This document shows, piece by piece, positions 54,781-64,000 of a stretch of 64,000 bases of DNA. This stretch comes from an uncultured Verrucomicrobiae bacterium (lineage in GTDB: Bacteria; Verrucomicrobiota; Verrucomicrobiia; Limisphaerales; JAFGQR01), in the NCBI GenBank assembly GCA_963788655.1, contig CAWBHS010000026.1, positions 54,904 to 118,903 of the forward strand, given 5' to 3'. Position 1 is the stretch's first letter, and every line of letters starts with the position of its first letter. The notes under the pieces are model-generated. The model did no database searches. It was not told the DNA's origin and saw only the letters and a program-made list of their open reading frames with translations. A program made the position numbers and the translations under genes.

Positions 54781-55801
54781 GGAGTCCCGGCTTTAGCCGG
54801 TGAGCCATCCGTCTGATCCAGCGCGTTGAATTGTTTCGTAATCATCTTGTTTGCGCGTGCCCCACCGCCTGAAGGCGGGACTCCTTACTTCATGCCCTGC
54901 TGTATCTCCGCCTCACCGCCTGAAGGCGGGACTCCATGCGAGGCGGTTCGGCGGTTTGGAGTCCCGGCTTTAGCCGGTGAGTCGTTGGCTATTTCGAGCG
55001 CGTAAAAAGTTTTCATGATCATCGTGTTTGCGTGTGCCCCGCCGCCTGAAGGCGGGACTCCATGCTCATATCCCGGCGTCATCCCACTTCCTGCCGTAGT
55101 CGCGGATGGGATATTCTTTCCAAACACGCTCGACTTCGGCCCGGCCCATCTGTTCGAGGTATTCCGCCGCGCTGCTCCACGGCCATTCCGTCCAGAGCCG
55201 CACATAGCCGTGATGCACCGGGTTGTTGTGAACGTAGTTGACCGTCGCAAAGAAGTGCCGTTCCGAACGCATGAATCTTTCCACCGCGCGGTGGAAGACT
55301 TGTCGCCCGCGCGTGCTTTCCTCGCCGTTCCAAGTGTGGCTGGTGCGTCCGTGGAGGCGTCCCAACTCATGGAGCAGCTTGAGGATGTTCGGAGCTTCGA
55401 CCAGAGCGTGGTAGTGATTGGGTAACACGCACCACGCGATAGTCCGGGCGGCGTGCTGCTGAAACAGTTCCAGCAAGGTGGCGGAAAAACCATCCAGGCG
55501 TTGCGGGGAAAATCCGATGTGGTGCGCGTGTTCGTAGCAGGCAGCGGTGATGAGAAAGTGAAGGTGGCCGTAGTTCGGACGATGCGGTGGTGAATGCCAA
55601 GGACGGCCATTCTCTTTGCGCCAAGCCAGAACTTCCTCGCGCTGTTTGGGCGTGAGCTGCCGCCAGATGTAGCGAGGCGTGGACATGTCAGTGGCATGGA
55701 GTCCCGGCTTCAGCCGGTGGGGCGTCCGTCATGTCGAGGGTGTTGGATGTTTTCGTGGTCATCGTGTTTGCGTGCGGCTCACCGGCTAAAGTCGGGACTC
55801 C
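54781..55801 (-). mobile_element. REPtron: RAYT gene with three 104-bp REPINs (54781-54884, 54958-55061, 55698-55801) and one extra REP (54916-54935)
   Basis: 20-bp GGAG-headed arms GGAGTCCCGGCTTTAGCCGG / CCGCCTGAAGGCGGGACTCC with 64-bp homologous spacers, flanking an HUH transposase. Confidence 0.9.
55066..55686 (-). CDS. REP-associated tyrosine transposase (RAYT/TnpA-REP, Y1 HUH)
   Basis: FLITAAC, WCVLPNHYHALV (HUH), NYVHNNPVHHG (catalytic Tyr), WPWSS. Confidence 0.92.
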   Translation of the reverse strand: MSTPRYIWRQLTPKQREEVLAWRKENGRPWHSPPHRPNYGHLHFLITAACYEHAHHIGFSPQRLDGFSATLLELFQQHAARTIAWCVLPNHYHALVEAPNILKLLHELGRLHGRTSHTWNGEESTRGRQVFHRAVERFMRSERHFFATVNYVHNNPVHHGYVRLWTEWPWSSAAEYLEQMGRAEVERVWKEYPIRDYGRKWDDAGI

Positions 55802-55806
55802 GAACT

Positions 55807-57375
55807 TCACTTCAGCATCCCCTCCAGTTCCTTCATGCCCTGCTGAATCTCCGCCTCCAGTCGGCCGAGGGCTTTGAGGATTTCGCCCGGCGGGCGGTGC
55901 GCGACTTCGGCGTGGACGACTTCCTTGTAGCGGTTGAGCGAGAGGTCGTAACCTTGATTGCGGATTTCGGATTGCGGAATGCGGAATGATTTGAGCGGTG
56001 CGCGGGCGGTTTTCTTCTTCAATCCGCATTCTGCGATCCGCATTCCGCAATTTGCCCCAGCGGGCGAGGATGTCGGGCAGGTTGTTCTTCGCGTGGTCGT
56101 CGGCGGTGAGCGCGGTCCGGGGCACTGGGCCGAGCTTTTCCGGCGGGAGGAGTTCGGTGCGTTTGTCGTCGAGCGACAGGCCGTCGGCCTCCACCTTGTA
56201 GAACCAGACGTGGTCCGTGCCGCCGGAGTTGGTCTTGGTGAAGAGGAGGATGGCGGTGGAGACGCCGGCGTAGGGCTTGAACACGCCGCCGGGCAGGGAG
56301 ATGACGGCGTCGAGTTTCTGGTCTTCGACGAGAATCCGGCGCAGGGTCTTGTGCGCCTTGGACGAGCCAAAAAGCACGCCGTCGGGCACAATGACGGCGG
56401 CGCGTCCGCCGGGCTTCAGCAGGCGCAGGAAGAGGGCGAGGAAGAGCAGTTCGGTTTTCTTGGTCTTGACGATTTGCTGGAGGTCCTTGGCGCAGTTCTC
56501 GTAGTCGAGCGACCCGGCGAAAGGCGGATTGGCGAGGACGAGCGTGTATTTTTCCTCCTCGCCCGCGTGGTCCTGCGCCAGGGAGTCGCGGTAGCGGATG
56601 TCGGGATTTTCCACGCCGTGCAGGAGCATGTTCATGCTGCCGATGCGGAGCATGGTATTGTCGAAGTCGAACCGTGGAAGAGGTGATGGTGGAAATGTTT
56701 CTTGAGCTTGGCGTCGCGGAGCAGTTCCGGGTGGTGGCGCCGGAGATATTCACCGACCGCCACGGGGAAACCGCAAGTGCCGCCGGCGGGGTCGCACATG
56801 ATGTCCGTGGGCACCGGGCGCACCAGTTCGACCATGAGCTGGATGATGTGGCGCGGGGTGCGGAACTGGCCGTTCTGCCCGGCGCTGGCGATCTTCCCGA
56901 GCATGTATTCGTAGAGGTCGCCCTTGGTGTCGCGGTCCTCCATCGGCACGCCGTCAATCATGTCCACCACCTTGGCCAGCAGCGCGGGCGTGGGAATGGT
57001 GAACCGCGCATCTTTCATGTGGTGCGCGTAAGTGGAGTCGTCGCCGCCCATCTGGCGCAGGAATGGAAAGACGTGTTCGCTCACGACACTGAACATTTCC
57101 TTGGCTTCAAAATGCTTGAAGCGCGACCAGCGGAGGTCTTCGTAGGGACGCGGCGTGCGCGGATGATCATCTTTGCCAGCGGGAAAGACGCGGCGTTCCA
57201 TCGATTTCTTGAGCCGGGTGGATTTGTTTTCCTCCAGCGTGTGCAGATCATCGAGGCGCTTGAGGAAGAGCAGGTAGGTGATTTGCTCGATGACTTCGAG
57301 CGGGTTGGCGATACCGCCGGACCAGAAGGCATTCCAAAGAGCGTCAACTTGATTGCGAATGGTACCGGTAAGCAT
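55807..57375 (-). CDS. hsdM: Type I methyltransferase subunit M (indels near 56670 and 55990)
   Basis: [65 protein letters not shown], ending MKELEGMLK*. Confidence 0.93.
55956..56051. repeat. Inverted pair of heptamer tandem repeats (TGCGGAA/TTCCGCA) inside hsdM
   Basis: GATTGCGGATTTCGGATTGCGGAATGCGGAAT (55956-55987) and AATCCGCATTCTGCGATCCGCATTCCGCAAT (56021-56051). Confidence 0.8.
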
Positions 57376-57813
57376 GGTTGTTCAATTGGGAAAATGATAG
57401 CGGGCGTTGCCTGCGGAATGGAAGAGTTGAATCCAAAGGCAGGGAGAATAGCGAATGTTGAATTTCGAATGTCGAACCGGCTGAACTTCGGTTAGGAATT
57501 CGAAATTGGTGTTGCTGGAGAGACAGACCAAACCGCCAGTGGCCACAACCAGTGCGCGCAGAATCATGGGGCGAGCCTGTTTCGCTCGATTCTGAAATGC
57601 CGGAAGTAATGACGCTGTTTTCGCCCATCTGCCTTAACTGGATTTCCCAAAATGTTTCCTGGCTCAATCCTGGCCGCGCAATGCTTGCCGCCACAATTAA
57701 TGCTGACTGAAGCGAGCTGATATTGAAGTTCCTAACGGTTGTCAAGATAGCGTTCCAGCACGACCGGCTTGTTTGCGTTTGCCAGGACGGCCTGCGCAGT
57801 CCACGCTGGGCAC

Positions 57814-59151
57814 ATGCCTACCAACCTGAATCCTCAATCCAACCGGACCACCTCCCCATTCAATCAGACAGCCACGCGGGCGCTTCGCCTCTTGGTGATC
57901 GGCCTGTGCCTTGGGGTCGTGCCAGCAGGGCTGGCCGGGGACTCCGGCGTCTTCTTCGCCCAGAGCCTGGGCGCCAAAGGCGACGGCACCGCCGACGACA
58001 CTGCCGCGATTCAAAAGGCGCTCGATACCGCCGGCAAGGCGGGTGGCAAGGTGATGCTGGAACCCGGTCGTTACCTGGTGGCCGGCAGCCTGCACATCCC
58101 GCCCGGGGTCACGCTGCAAGGCGTCACTGAATCGCCGGTCTGGAGCGAACCGCTCAAAGGCTCCCTCGTCCTGGCCACCGGCGGCCGCGACCAGGAGGAC
58201 GCCCCGGCCCTGTTCGAGATGGGACATTCCAGCGCCGTGCGCGGACTGACCGTTTGGTATCCGGAACAAAAGCCGAAGGAGATTCATCCCTACCCGTGGA
58301 CCTTCCATCTCCAGGGGCACGACAACACGGTGGAAAACATTACGTTGATCAACAGTTACAACGGCATTCGGATCGGGCCGGAAAACAATGTGCGCCACCG
58401 GATTCGCAGTGTGTCCGGCTGCGTGCTGCGGCGGGGCATCCAGGTGGACTTCTGCACCGACATCGGGCGGATTGAGAATGTCCAGTTCCACTGCCATTGG
58501 TGGTCGGCCCGCGAGGTCGGCGGGGACTGGGCGCCAGTCCACGAGTTTATGTGGAAGCACTGCGAGGCGTTCATCTTCGGGCGCACCGATTGGGAGTATG
58601 TGAACAACACCTTCGTGTTCCCGGTGAACATCGGCTACCGCTTCATTGCCACCGAACACGGCGCCGCCAATGGGCAGTTCTGTGGCATCGGCGCTGACGA
58701 AGCGCAAGTGTGCGTGAAGGTGGAGGCCATTCAACCCATGGGCCTGCTGATTTCCAACGGTCAGTTCGTGTGCATGCACGGGGACCTACGCACCGAGGTG
58801 CTGGTCGAGAAAACCTGTGCCGGTTCTGTGCGGCTGGTGAATTGCGCCTTTTGGGGACCGGCCCGACAATGTGTGGTATCGCACAGCCGCAGTTTTGTGT
58901 CCCTCTCGGACTGCTACTTCAGCAGTACGGGGCGCAAGCAGAATCCGGGCAATTTCCTGGTGGAAGCGGACGGCGGCAAACTCCAGGTGCGCGGCTGCAG
59001 CTTTGGCACGGACGAACCATGCATCGCGCTACGAAGCGGCCTTCAACACGCAATCATCACTGAGAACAACGGCGTCAACGGAGTCGAGATCGCCAACGAA
59101 ATCGGAGCCAAAGCCATCATTGCCAACAACGAACCGATGGCCAAAAAGTGA
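57814..59151 (+). CDS. Pectate-lyase-superfamily beta-helix carbohydrate-active protein
   Basis: GAKGDGTADDTAAIQKALD..GG.V..PGRY..L.IP.GVTLQG followed by beta-helix-like repeats. Confidence 0.85.
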   Translation: MPTNLNPQSNRTTSPFNQTATRALRLLVIGLCLGVVPAGLAGDSGVFFAQSLGAKGDGTADDTAAIQKALDTAGKAGGKVMLEPGRYLVAGSLHIPPGVTLQGVTESPVWSEPLKGSLVLATGGRDQEDAPALFEMGHSSAVRGLTVWYPEQKPKEIHPYPWTFHLQGHDNTVENITLINSYNGIRIGPENNVRHRIRSVSGCVLRRGIQVDFCTDIGRIENVQFHCHWWSAREVGGDWAPVHEFMWKHCEAFIFGRTDWEYVNNTFVFPVNIGYRFIATEHGAANGQFCGIGADEAQVCVKVEAIQPMGLLISNGQFVCMHGDLRTEVLVEKTCAGSVRLVNCAFWGPARQCVVSHSRSFVSLSDCYFSSTGRKQNPGNFLVEADGGKLQVRGCSFGTDEPCIALRSGLQHAIITENNGVNGVEIANEIGAKAIIANNEPMAKK

Positions 59152-59173
59152 GTCAGACGGTGGTGGAACCAAA

Positions 59174-59209
59174 GGAGCGCGGCGGTGTCCGAAGGCACAG
59201 CCGCGCTCC
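59174..59209. repeat. GGAG-headed hairpin between convergent genes
   Basis: GGAGCGCGGC...GCCGCGCTCC inverted arms. Confidence 0.55.
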
Positions 59210-59322
59210 AAGAGAATCGTCGCGGATCGCGCAAGTTTTGGTGGTTGGTAATCCACCAAGCTCAAACCACCGACAGGCCGTAGCTAATCGTGCCGAACGG
59301 AAAGCCGGCGCTCCTTCGGCAG

Positions 59323-61254
59323 CTACTTCCGCATCTCGGGCGGGGTGGGCGTGAAGACTTTGAAACTCAGTCCCTCGGCCTTCACGCTTCCCGACCAGAC
59401 CGAGATGCCAAAATATTTGGCGATACGGTCAAACGACGGCAGGAGCGAGAAATCCAACCACTCCTTCAACTGGCTGCCGTCCCCTTCGATTCCCAACCGC
59501 CCCGCGAACGGCGTGAGACTGAGCAAGCCGGCCAGACTGTCAGAGTCCTTCTTCAGGACTTCGACCACTGTATGCATCGATTCTTTCTGGTTTTCATAAC
59601 CGAACAAGCCGGTGCTCATGCCACCGACTTGTTCGGCGGCCGACGCCAAGCCGGGAGTGCCACGCAGACTTTTGCCGGAATCCGAACTGCTGCGCAGGTA
59701 ACCTTCCAGCATCGCTTCATCCATCGAGAAGGCCACGTAACCCCCACTGGCGGCATAACTCAGCGTGCGCACGACTGGCCGGCTGGAGCCCGGAACCGGC
59801 GTGGGCGGAAAATCCATGCTATACACCTTCCGGCCCAGGAAATCGCGTTCCTTGATGCGCATGGTCTTGGTCGGTAGCAGGCCAACCACCGTCTTCAACG
59901 CCGACGCCAATTGGTCGGCGCGCGGCGAACTGAGCAGCGTCAGCGAAGGCGGGGAATTCAACGCCTGGAAGGTCATTTCGGAAGGGGGCTTTTGGAACGA
60001 GACAATATCGTCGCCCAGATTGCCAATCAGGTTCTGCCGGAGGTCGAAGTTGGGATCTTTGTCTTTGCCGGCATTGTCCATGACCAGCTTGATGACTCCG
60101 GCGAATTGGGGCACGGCTTCGACCAGCATGCTTTCCACGGTGGCGAACACTTTTTGCAGGTCGAGACGAAACCTCGAGAACTGCACTGCGTCCGCCGGGA
60201 CAAACGACGGCGGCGAGGAATCTTTCGTTTCAAAACTCAGCACTTTCGTCAGGCCTTTGCGGCTGTTTTCCGGCGCGCCCAGAAACAACGTAACCAAATT
60301 GCCATTGCCGGCGTCCTGGACGGTCCAACTCAAGCAGGTCATGCTGGTCAGACCCAGTGCGCTCAGGATTTTATCACCGCGCGGCGTGGCCGGATTACCG
60401 GACGAACCGGCTCCCGCTTTGGCGGCGGCTTGCTCCATCAGGGTGTCGAAAATGGTCTTGAGATCGACCCAACCATAAAGCAGGGCTTGGCGAAGGTCGC
60501 GGGAATATTGTTGGTTAAAAGTGGCCTGGTCGTGGAGGCTGGGGACGTCGCCGCCGCTTTGGCGGATCAGGATCTTTTCAATGTCCTTCGCCGAATTGCC
60601 CACGATCAACAATGACCCTGACTGGCCGAGCAACCATTCCAGTTTCTTGCCGGGCTTCTTCGGCTTGGCTGGCTTGAGCGTTTCATATCCTTCATTGGGA
60701 TCGGGAAACACCCGGTCAAGCACCCGGGTCAAGTCATCGGTCGAAAACATGAGCGTGCTGAACTCGACGCCGTGAATGGTTTCGGGCTTGATCTGTTTGC
60801 CGCTGTCCACCCACTTGCGCTTCAATGCCTCGAGATTGGTCTTGAGCGCGTCGGCTTTATCTTTGGTATCCAGGAGGAACACGAAGGCCGGATCCTGCTT
60901 GGATGTGGCATCCCAGCCGTTGCGGGTGACGGCCAGGGTGACCTGTCCCTGCGCCAACCCGGCATAATCCGCAAACCGGATTCCGAATTCCTTCTCGAGC
61001 GGCTCGATGCAATCGCTCTTCAGCTTGGCCATGAACTTGTCCGTGAACGGCTTCATGGCCGGATCATGCCACAGTCGGCTCATCGGCCATTGGTCCGTAA
61101 CCGTCTCGGCCTTCGCGTAATCGGGAAAGGTGATGACGGCCAGGGTGTCGGACGTCAGCAGTTGGTCCGGCGGCGGCGTGGCGGCAAGAGACGTCAGGGA
61201 GAGGGCAAAGCCCAGTGCCAGGGTGGCGTTCAGTCGGTTCATAAGCTGTTTCAT
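59323..61254 (-). CDS. Large secreted hypothetical protein (DUF3352-like)
   Basis: 643 aa, signal peptide, internally repeated architecture, ending WLDFSLLP.F..IAKYF. Confidence 0.65.
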   Translation of the reverse strand: MKQLMNRLNATLALGFALSLTSLAATPPPDQLLTSDTLAVITFPDYAKAETVTDQWPMSRLWHDPAMKPFTDKFMAKLKSDCIEPLEKEFGIRFADYAGLAQGQVTLAVTRNGWDATSKQDPAFVFLLDTKDKADALKTNLEALKRKWVDSGKQIKPETIHGVEFSTLMFSTDDLTRVLDRVFPDPNEGYETLKPAKPKKPGKKLEWLLGQSGSLLIVGNSAKDIEKILIRQSGGDVPSLHDQATFNQQYSRDLRQALLYGWVDLKTIFDTLMEQAAAKAGAGSSGNPATPRGDKILSALGLTSMTCLSWTVQDAGNGNLVTLFLGAPENSRKGLTKVLSFETKDSSPPSFVPADAVQFSRFRLDLQKVFATVESMLVEAVPQFAGVIKLVMDNAGKDKDPNFDLRQNLIGNLGDDIVSFQKPPSEMTFQALNSPPSLTLLSSPRADQLASALKTVVGLLPTKTMRIKERDFLGRKVYSMDFPPTPVPGSSRPVVRTLSYAASGGYVAFSMDEAMLEGYLRSSSDSGKSLRGTPGLASAAEQVGGMSTGLFGYENQKESMHTVVEVLKKDSDSLAGLLSLTPFAGRLGIEGDGSQLKEWLDFSLLPSFDRIAKYFGISVWSGSVKAEGLSFKVFTPTPPEMRK

Positions 61255-61403
61255 GTTAAAAATCGTTGAATCATTTCAAATACAAACCCGCATTTCCACG
61301 CAAAAGTTGCAGTTTTTGCCTCCACCCGTTCCATGGTGCCTCCGACAAATCAAAGTAGGATTGTCCCCTCTTGGATCACCGTGAGCCGGTTCGTTGGCCT
61401 CAA

Positions 61404-62378
61404 TTAGTGACTTTCCTTCACCTGCTTGGCTTTTTCCTGCATTTGCTGGAGGCGCGTGGGCGGTTCCAGATAGCGGTAAGGATTGCTGGGATTATCATTA
61501 TCGTAGGCAAAGGCATCTCGATTCTTCAGAAAATACCGTACGCCTTCGACGGGAATGGCAAACCCAATTCCTTCGCCGGACAGCAGTTTCATGTTCGTCA
61601 CCCCCACGACCTCGCCGTGCAGGTTAAACAATGGACCGCCGCTGTTTCCCGGATTGATCTGCGCGGTGGTTTGCAAATAGAGATTGCCTGCCACCTCGCG
61701 AGTTTTGGTGCTCACAATGCCCTCGGTCACCGTCCGCTCCAGGCCCAGCGGGCTGCCAATGGCAAACACGTGATCGCCTACCGCCAAGTCATCGCTGTTG
61801 CCCAGATGCACGATGGGGAATTTTGGCGCATCGTCGTCCTCGATTTTCAGCAACGCCAGATCGTGAAACTTGTTCATGGCCACAATCCGCACCTGCCGAT
61901 AGACGTGGCGATCCATCTGCCGGCCTTGCTGATGATAGACCTCAACCGTGATCTGTGTCTCGCCCTCGATCACGTGGAAGTTCGTGATCAAGTAACCGTC
62001 TTCATTGATAACGAAGCCGGATCCCAAACCCGCCGGTGTGCGTACCTGTACCACCGCGGCGCCCAGTTCGTTGACCAGTTCGCGCACCGGTTTTTCGGGG
62101 GGCGGAGTCCGATAGGTGGCGAAGATCCCGCCGGACACTTCGGACGGGGTTGGCGCGCCCGTCGCCGCGGTTGAATTCGTCGCCGAACGTTCCGCGGCGA
62201 TTTTGACAATCTCACTTCGGGGAATCCCCAAAACCGTGAATCCCAGATCGACGAACACTTGATCCGGTTTTTCCGTCAAAATCTTTCCACGAACTGAAGC
62301 ATTATCCTTCAATTGAATCAACTCCGCCGAAGCCATTCCCAGGCTGGTGAGCAAAATGAGCGCGATTCGTGCCGTCAT
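61404..62378 (-). CDS. Trypsin-like (S1C) serine protease without PDZ domain
   Basis: GSGFVI..ITNFHVI, DLALLK, IGSPLGL, INPGNSGGPL. Confidence 0.92.
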   Translation of the reverse strand: MTARIALILLTSLGMASAELIQLKDNASVRGKILTEKPDQVFVDLGFTVLGIPRSEIVKIAAERSATNSTAATGAPTPSEVSGGIFATYRTPPPEKPVRELVNELGAAVVQVRTPAGLGSGFVINEDGYLITNFHVIEGETQITVEVYHQQGRQMDRHVYRQVRIVAMNKFHDLALLKIEDDDAPKFPIVHLGNSDDLAVGDHVFAIGSPLGLERTVTEGIVSTKTREVAGNLYLQTTAQINPGNSGGPLFNLHGEVVGVTNMKLLSGEGIGFAIPVEGVRYFLKNRDAFAYDNDNPSNPYRYLEPPTRLQQMQEKAKQVKESH

Positions 62379-62562
62379 AAACCGACCCTACCCGTGCCCC
62401 GCTGCCTTGACAAGTTGCTTTGGCGTCGCGTCAAGCGGTGCGCCAATTTTTCTTTCGCATCTCTGCGCCGGCATCTTTAACCTCCCGGCTCGTGCGCGCT
62501 GCAAACCCTGGCAAACCTGACGGCTCAACAACTCCCGCTGCCCCCGAACCACCGATCGGTAA

Positions 62563-62609
62563 GGGGAGCGCGCCCGCCTCGGGCGCCGTGGTTGGCGCCT
62601 CGCCAACCA
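62563..62609. repeat. REP-like element, reverse-complement copy of 41044-41089
   Basis: GGGAGCGCGCCCGCCTCGGGCGCCGTGGTTGGCGCCTCGCCAACCAC. Confidence 0.75.
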
Positions 62610-62671
62610 CCACTCCCGCGCGGCAAGGAATTTGCCCATGGCACTGAGCGAACGCCGGACGCTTCGTAGGC

Positions 62672-63940
62672 ATGGATAAATCCCATCCGCCATCCGATCC
62701 CGCCACACCGGTCCCACCCGCAGCCGGGGGCGTGCAGTCCGTGCTGAAGAATCGCAATTTCCTCCTCTATTTGTCCGGCCGCTTCATGGCCTCGATGGGC
62801 GAGCAAATGCTCGTGGTGGCGGTGGGCTGGGAGCTTTACGACCGGACGGGTTCCGCCCTGGCGCTCGGATTTGTGGGCCTGAGCAACATGGTGCCGATGT
62901 TCCTGTTTACGCTTCCGTCCGGGCACTTCGCGGACAATCACAATCGCAAGCACATCATGCTCTGGATGACCGGCCTGATCGCATTGGCCAGCGCGGGCTT
63001 GACGGTGGTGTCCGCCTTTCAGGCGCCGGTCTTCTGGATTTATGCCTGCCTGATCCTGGCGGGCACGGCACGCACCTTTCTCTGGCCGGCCAGCTCCGCG
63101 TTTTTGCCGCAACTGGTGCCGCGCGAATTGTTCCCTCGCGCCGTCGCCGTGGGCAGCGGCAGTTTTCAATTGTCTTCCGTGGCGGGCCCCGCCATCGGCG
63201 GCGCCTTGATTGCGTTGACGCATCACGCCGCCATCGTCTATGCCGTCAATGCCGTGGCCGCGCTCGGTTACCTAACGCTGCTGAGCTTCGTCAAGTACCG
63301 ACCGTTGCGCCTGGCGCGCGCGCCCATGACGCTGGCGAGCCTGGCGACGGGATTCAAATTCGTTTTCGCCACGCGGATCATTTCCGGCACCATCACCCTC
63401 GACATGTTTGCCGTATTGCTGGGCGGCGCGACCGCACTGCTGCCGATTTTCGCCAAAGACATTCTACACGCCGGCCCCAGCGGCCTCGGCTTCCTCCAGG
63501 GAGCGCTGCCGGTCGGCTCGTTGGTTTCGGCGCTGATTGCCGCGCACGGCCCGCCGCTCCGCAAAGCCGGGCGGGCCATGTTATGGGCGGTGGCCGTCTT
63601 CGGCCTGGCTACCGTCGGCTTTGGTTTTTCCCGGTGGTTCTGGCTTTCCTGGCTGATGTTGTTTGTCTGCGGCTTCGCCGACAACATCAGTGTGGTGGTG
63701 CGGCATTCGCTGGTGCAACTATTGACGCCGGATGAAAAGCGCGGGCGCGTCTCCGCCGTCAACAGTCTGTTCATCGGCACTTCGAACGAATTGGGCGGCT
63801 TCGAATCGGGCATCGCCGCCCATTGGTTCGGACCCGTCATTTCCGTTGTGGCTGGTGGAGTGGGCACGATCCTGGTGGTAGTCGCCGTGGCTTTAATTTG
63901 GCCGGAAATTCGCCGCTACGGCCGTTTGGACTCGGGATGA
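62672..63940 (+). CDS. MFS transporter (EntS/H+ antiporter-like)
   Basis: About 12 TMs; TGSALALG.VGL, GPAIGG, LDMFAVLLGGATALLP, RGRVSAVN..SNELG.FESG. Confidence 0.92.
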   Translation: MDKSHPPSDPATPVPPAAGGVQSVLKNRNFLLYLSGRFMASMGEQMLVVAVGWELYDRTGSALALGFVGLSNMVPMFLFTLPSGHFADNHNRKHIMLWMTGLIALASAGLTVVSAFQAPVFWIYACLILAGTARTFLWPASSAFLPQLVPRELFPRAVAVGSGSFQLSSVAGPAIGGALIALTHHAAIVYAVNAVAALGYLTLLSFVKYRPLRLARAPMTLASLATGFKFVFATRIISGTITLDMFAVLLGGATALLPIFAKDILHAGPSGLGFLQGALPVGSLVSALIAAHGPPLRKAGRAMLWAVAVFGLATVGFGFSRWFWLSWLMLFVCGFADNISVVVRHSLVQLLTPDEKRGRVSAVNSLFIGTSNELGGFESGIAAHWFGPVISVVAGGVGTILVVVAVALIWPEIRRYGRLDSG

Positions 63941-64000
63941 GTTGGGCGGCCACTGGGCATGGGGCGTGGATTCTGTGCGTCTAATTCAGATTGATCCGGC

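Noticed and set aside
54781..55061. REP arms with spacers resembling a CRISPR array
   Set aside because: The arms alternate in orientation, the spacers are homologous to each other, no cas genes are present and a RAYT is adjacent; these are REPINs.
1819..57375. Many frameshifted genes (yceD, GH39, GH9, kinase, DUF3616, rluA, FG-GAP, hsdR, hsdM, PIN) as mass pseudogenisation or programmed frameshifting
   Set aside because: Isolated 1-bp indels, often at short homopolymers, in otherwise intact genes fit long-read consensus error better; this cannot be resolved without reads.

Overview
A 64-kb bacterial chromosomal window, GC-rich by eye. Gene content and protein style suggest Verrucomicrobiota (Pedosphaerales/Limisphaerales-like); this is an inference. 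Many genes carry single-base frameshifts typical of an incompletely polished long-read assembly. The backbone includes yceD-rpmF-plsX-fabH, coaD, GH39 and GH9 hydrolases, rpe, a PGM/PMM, nhaP, an rpoD-type sigma factor, a hybrid kinase, comM, three tRNAs (Val-TAC, Arg-TCT, Glu-CTC), a PEP-CTERM gene pair and many REP/REPIN-like palindrome families. The standout region is a Type I restriction-modification locus (46.8-57.4 kb) that looks like a cassette platform. (i) Between hsdS and hsdR lie an unknown-gene + PIN pair, another unknown gene and an AbiE pair with an internally deleted toxin. Two of these cargo blocks are separated by a 51-bp chimeric mini-ORF (MSNFAFFQHRAFRGKL) made of the hsdR start joined to the hsdS end. 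(ii) Between hsdM and hsdS lies a RAYT transposase with three 104-bp REPINs, bracketed by a 75-bp duplication of the hsdM 3' end, with REPIN-encoded mini-ORFs that could relay translational coupling to hsdS. A second candidate system is a plsY-like gene followed by a GNAT/class-V aminotransferase fusion, possibly making N,O-diacyl-serinol-type aminolipids.
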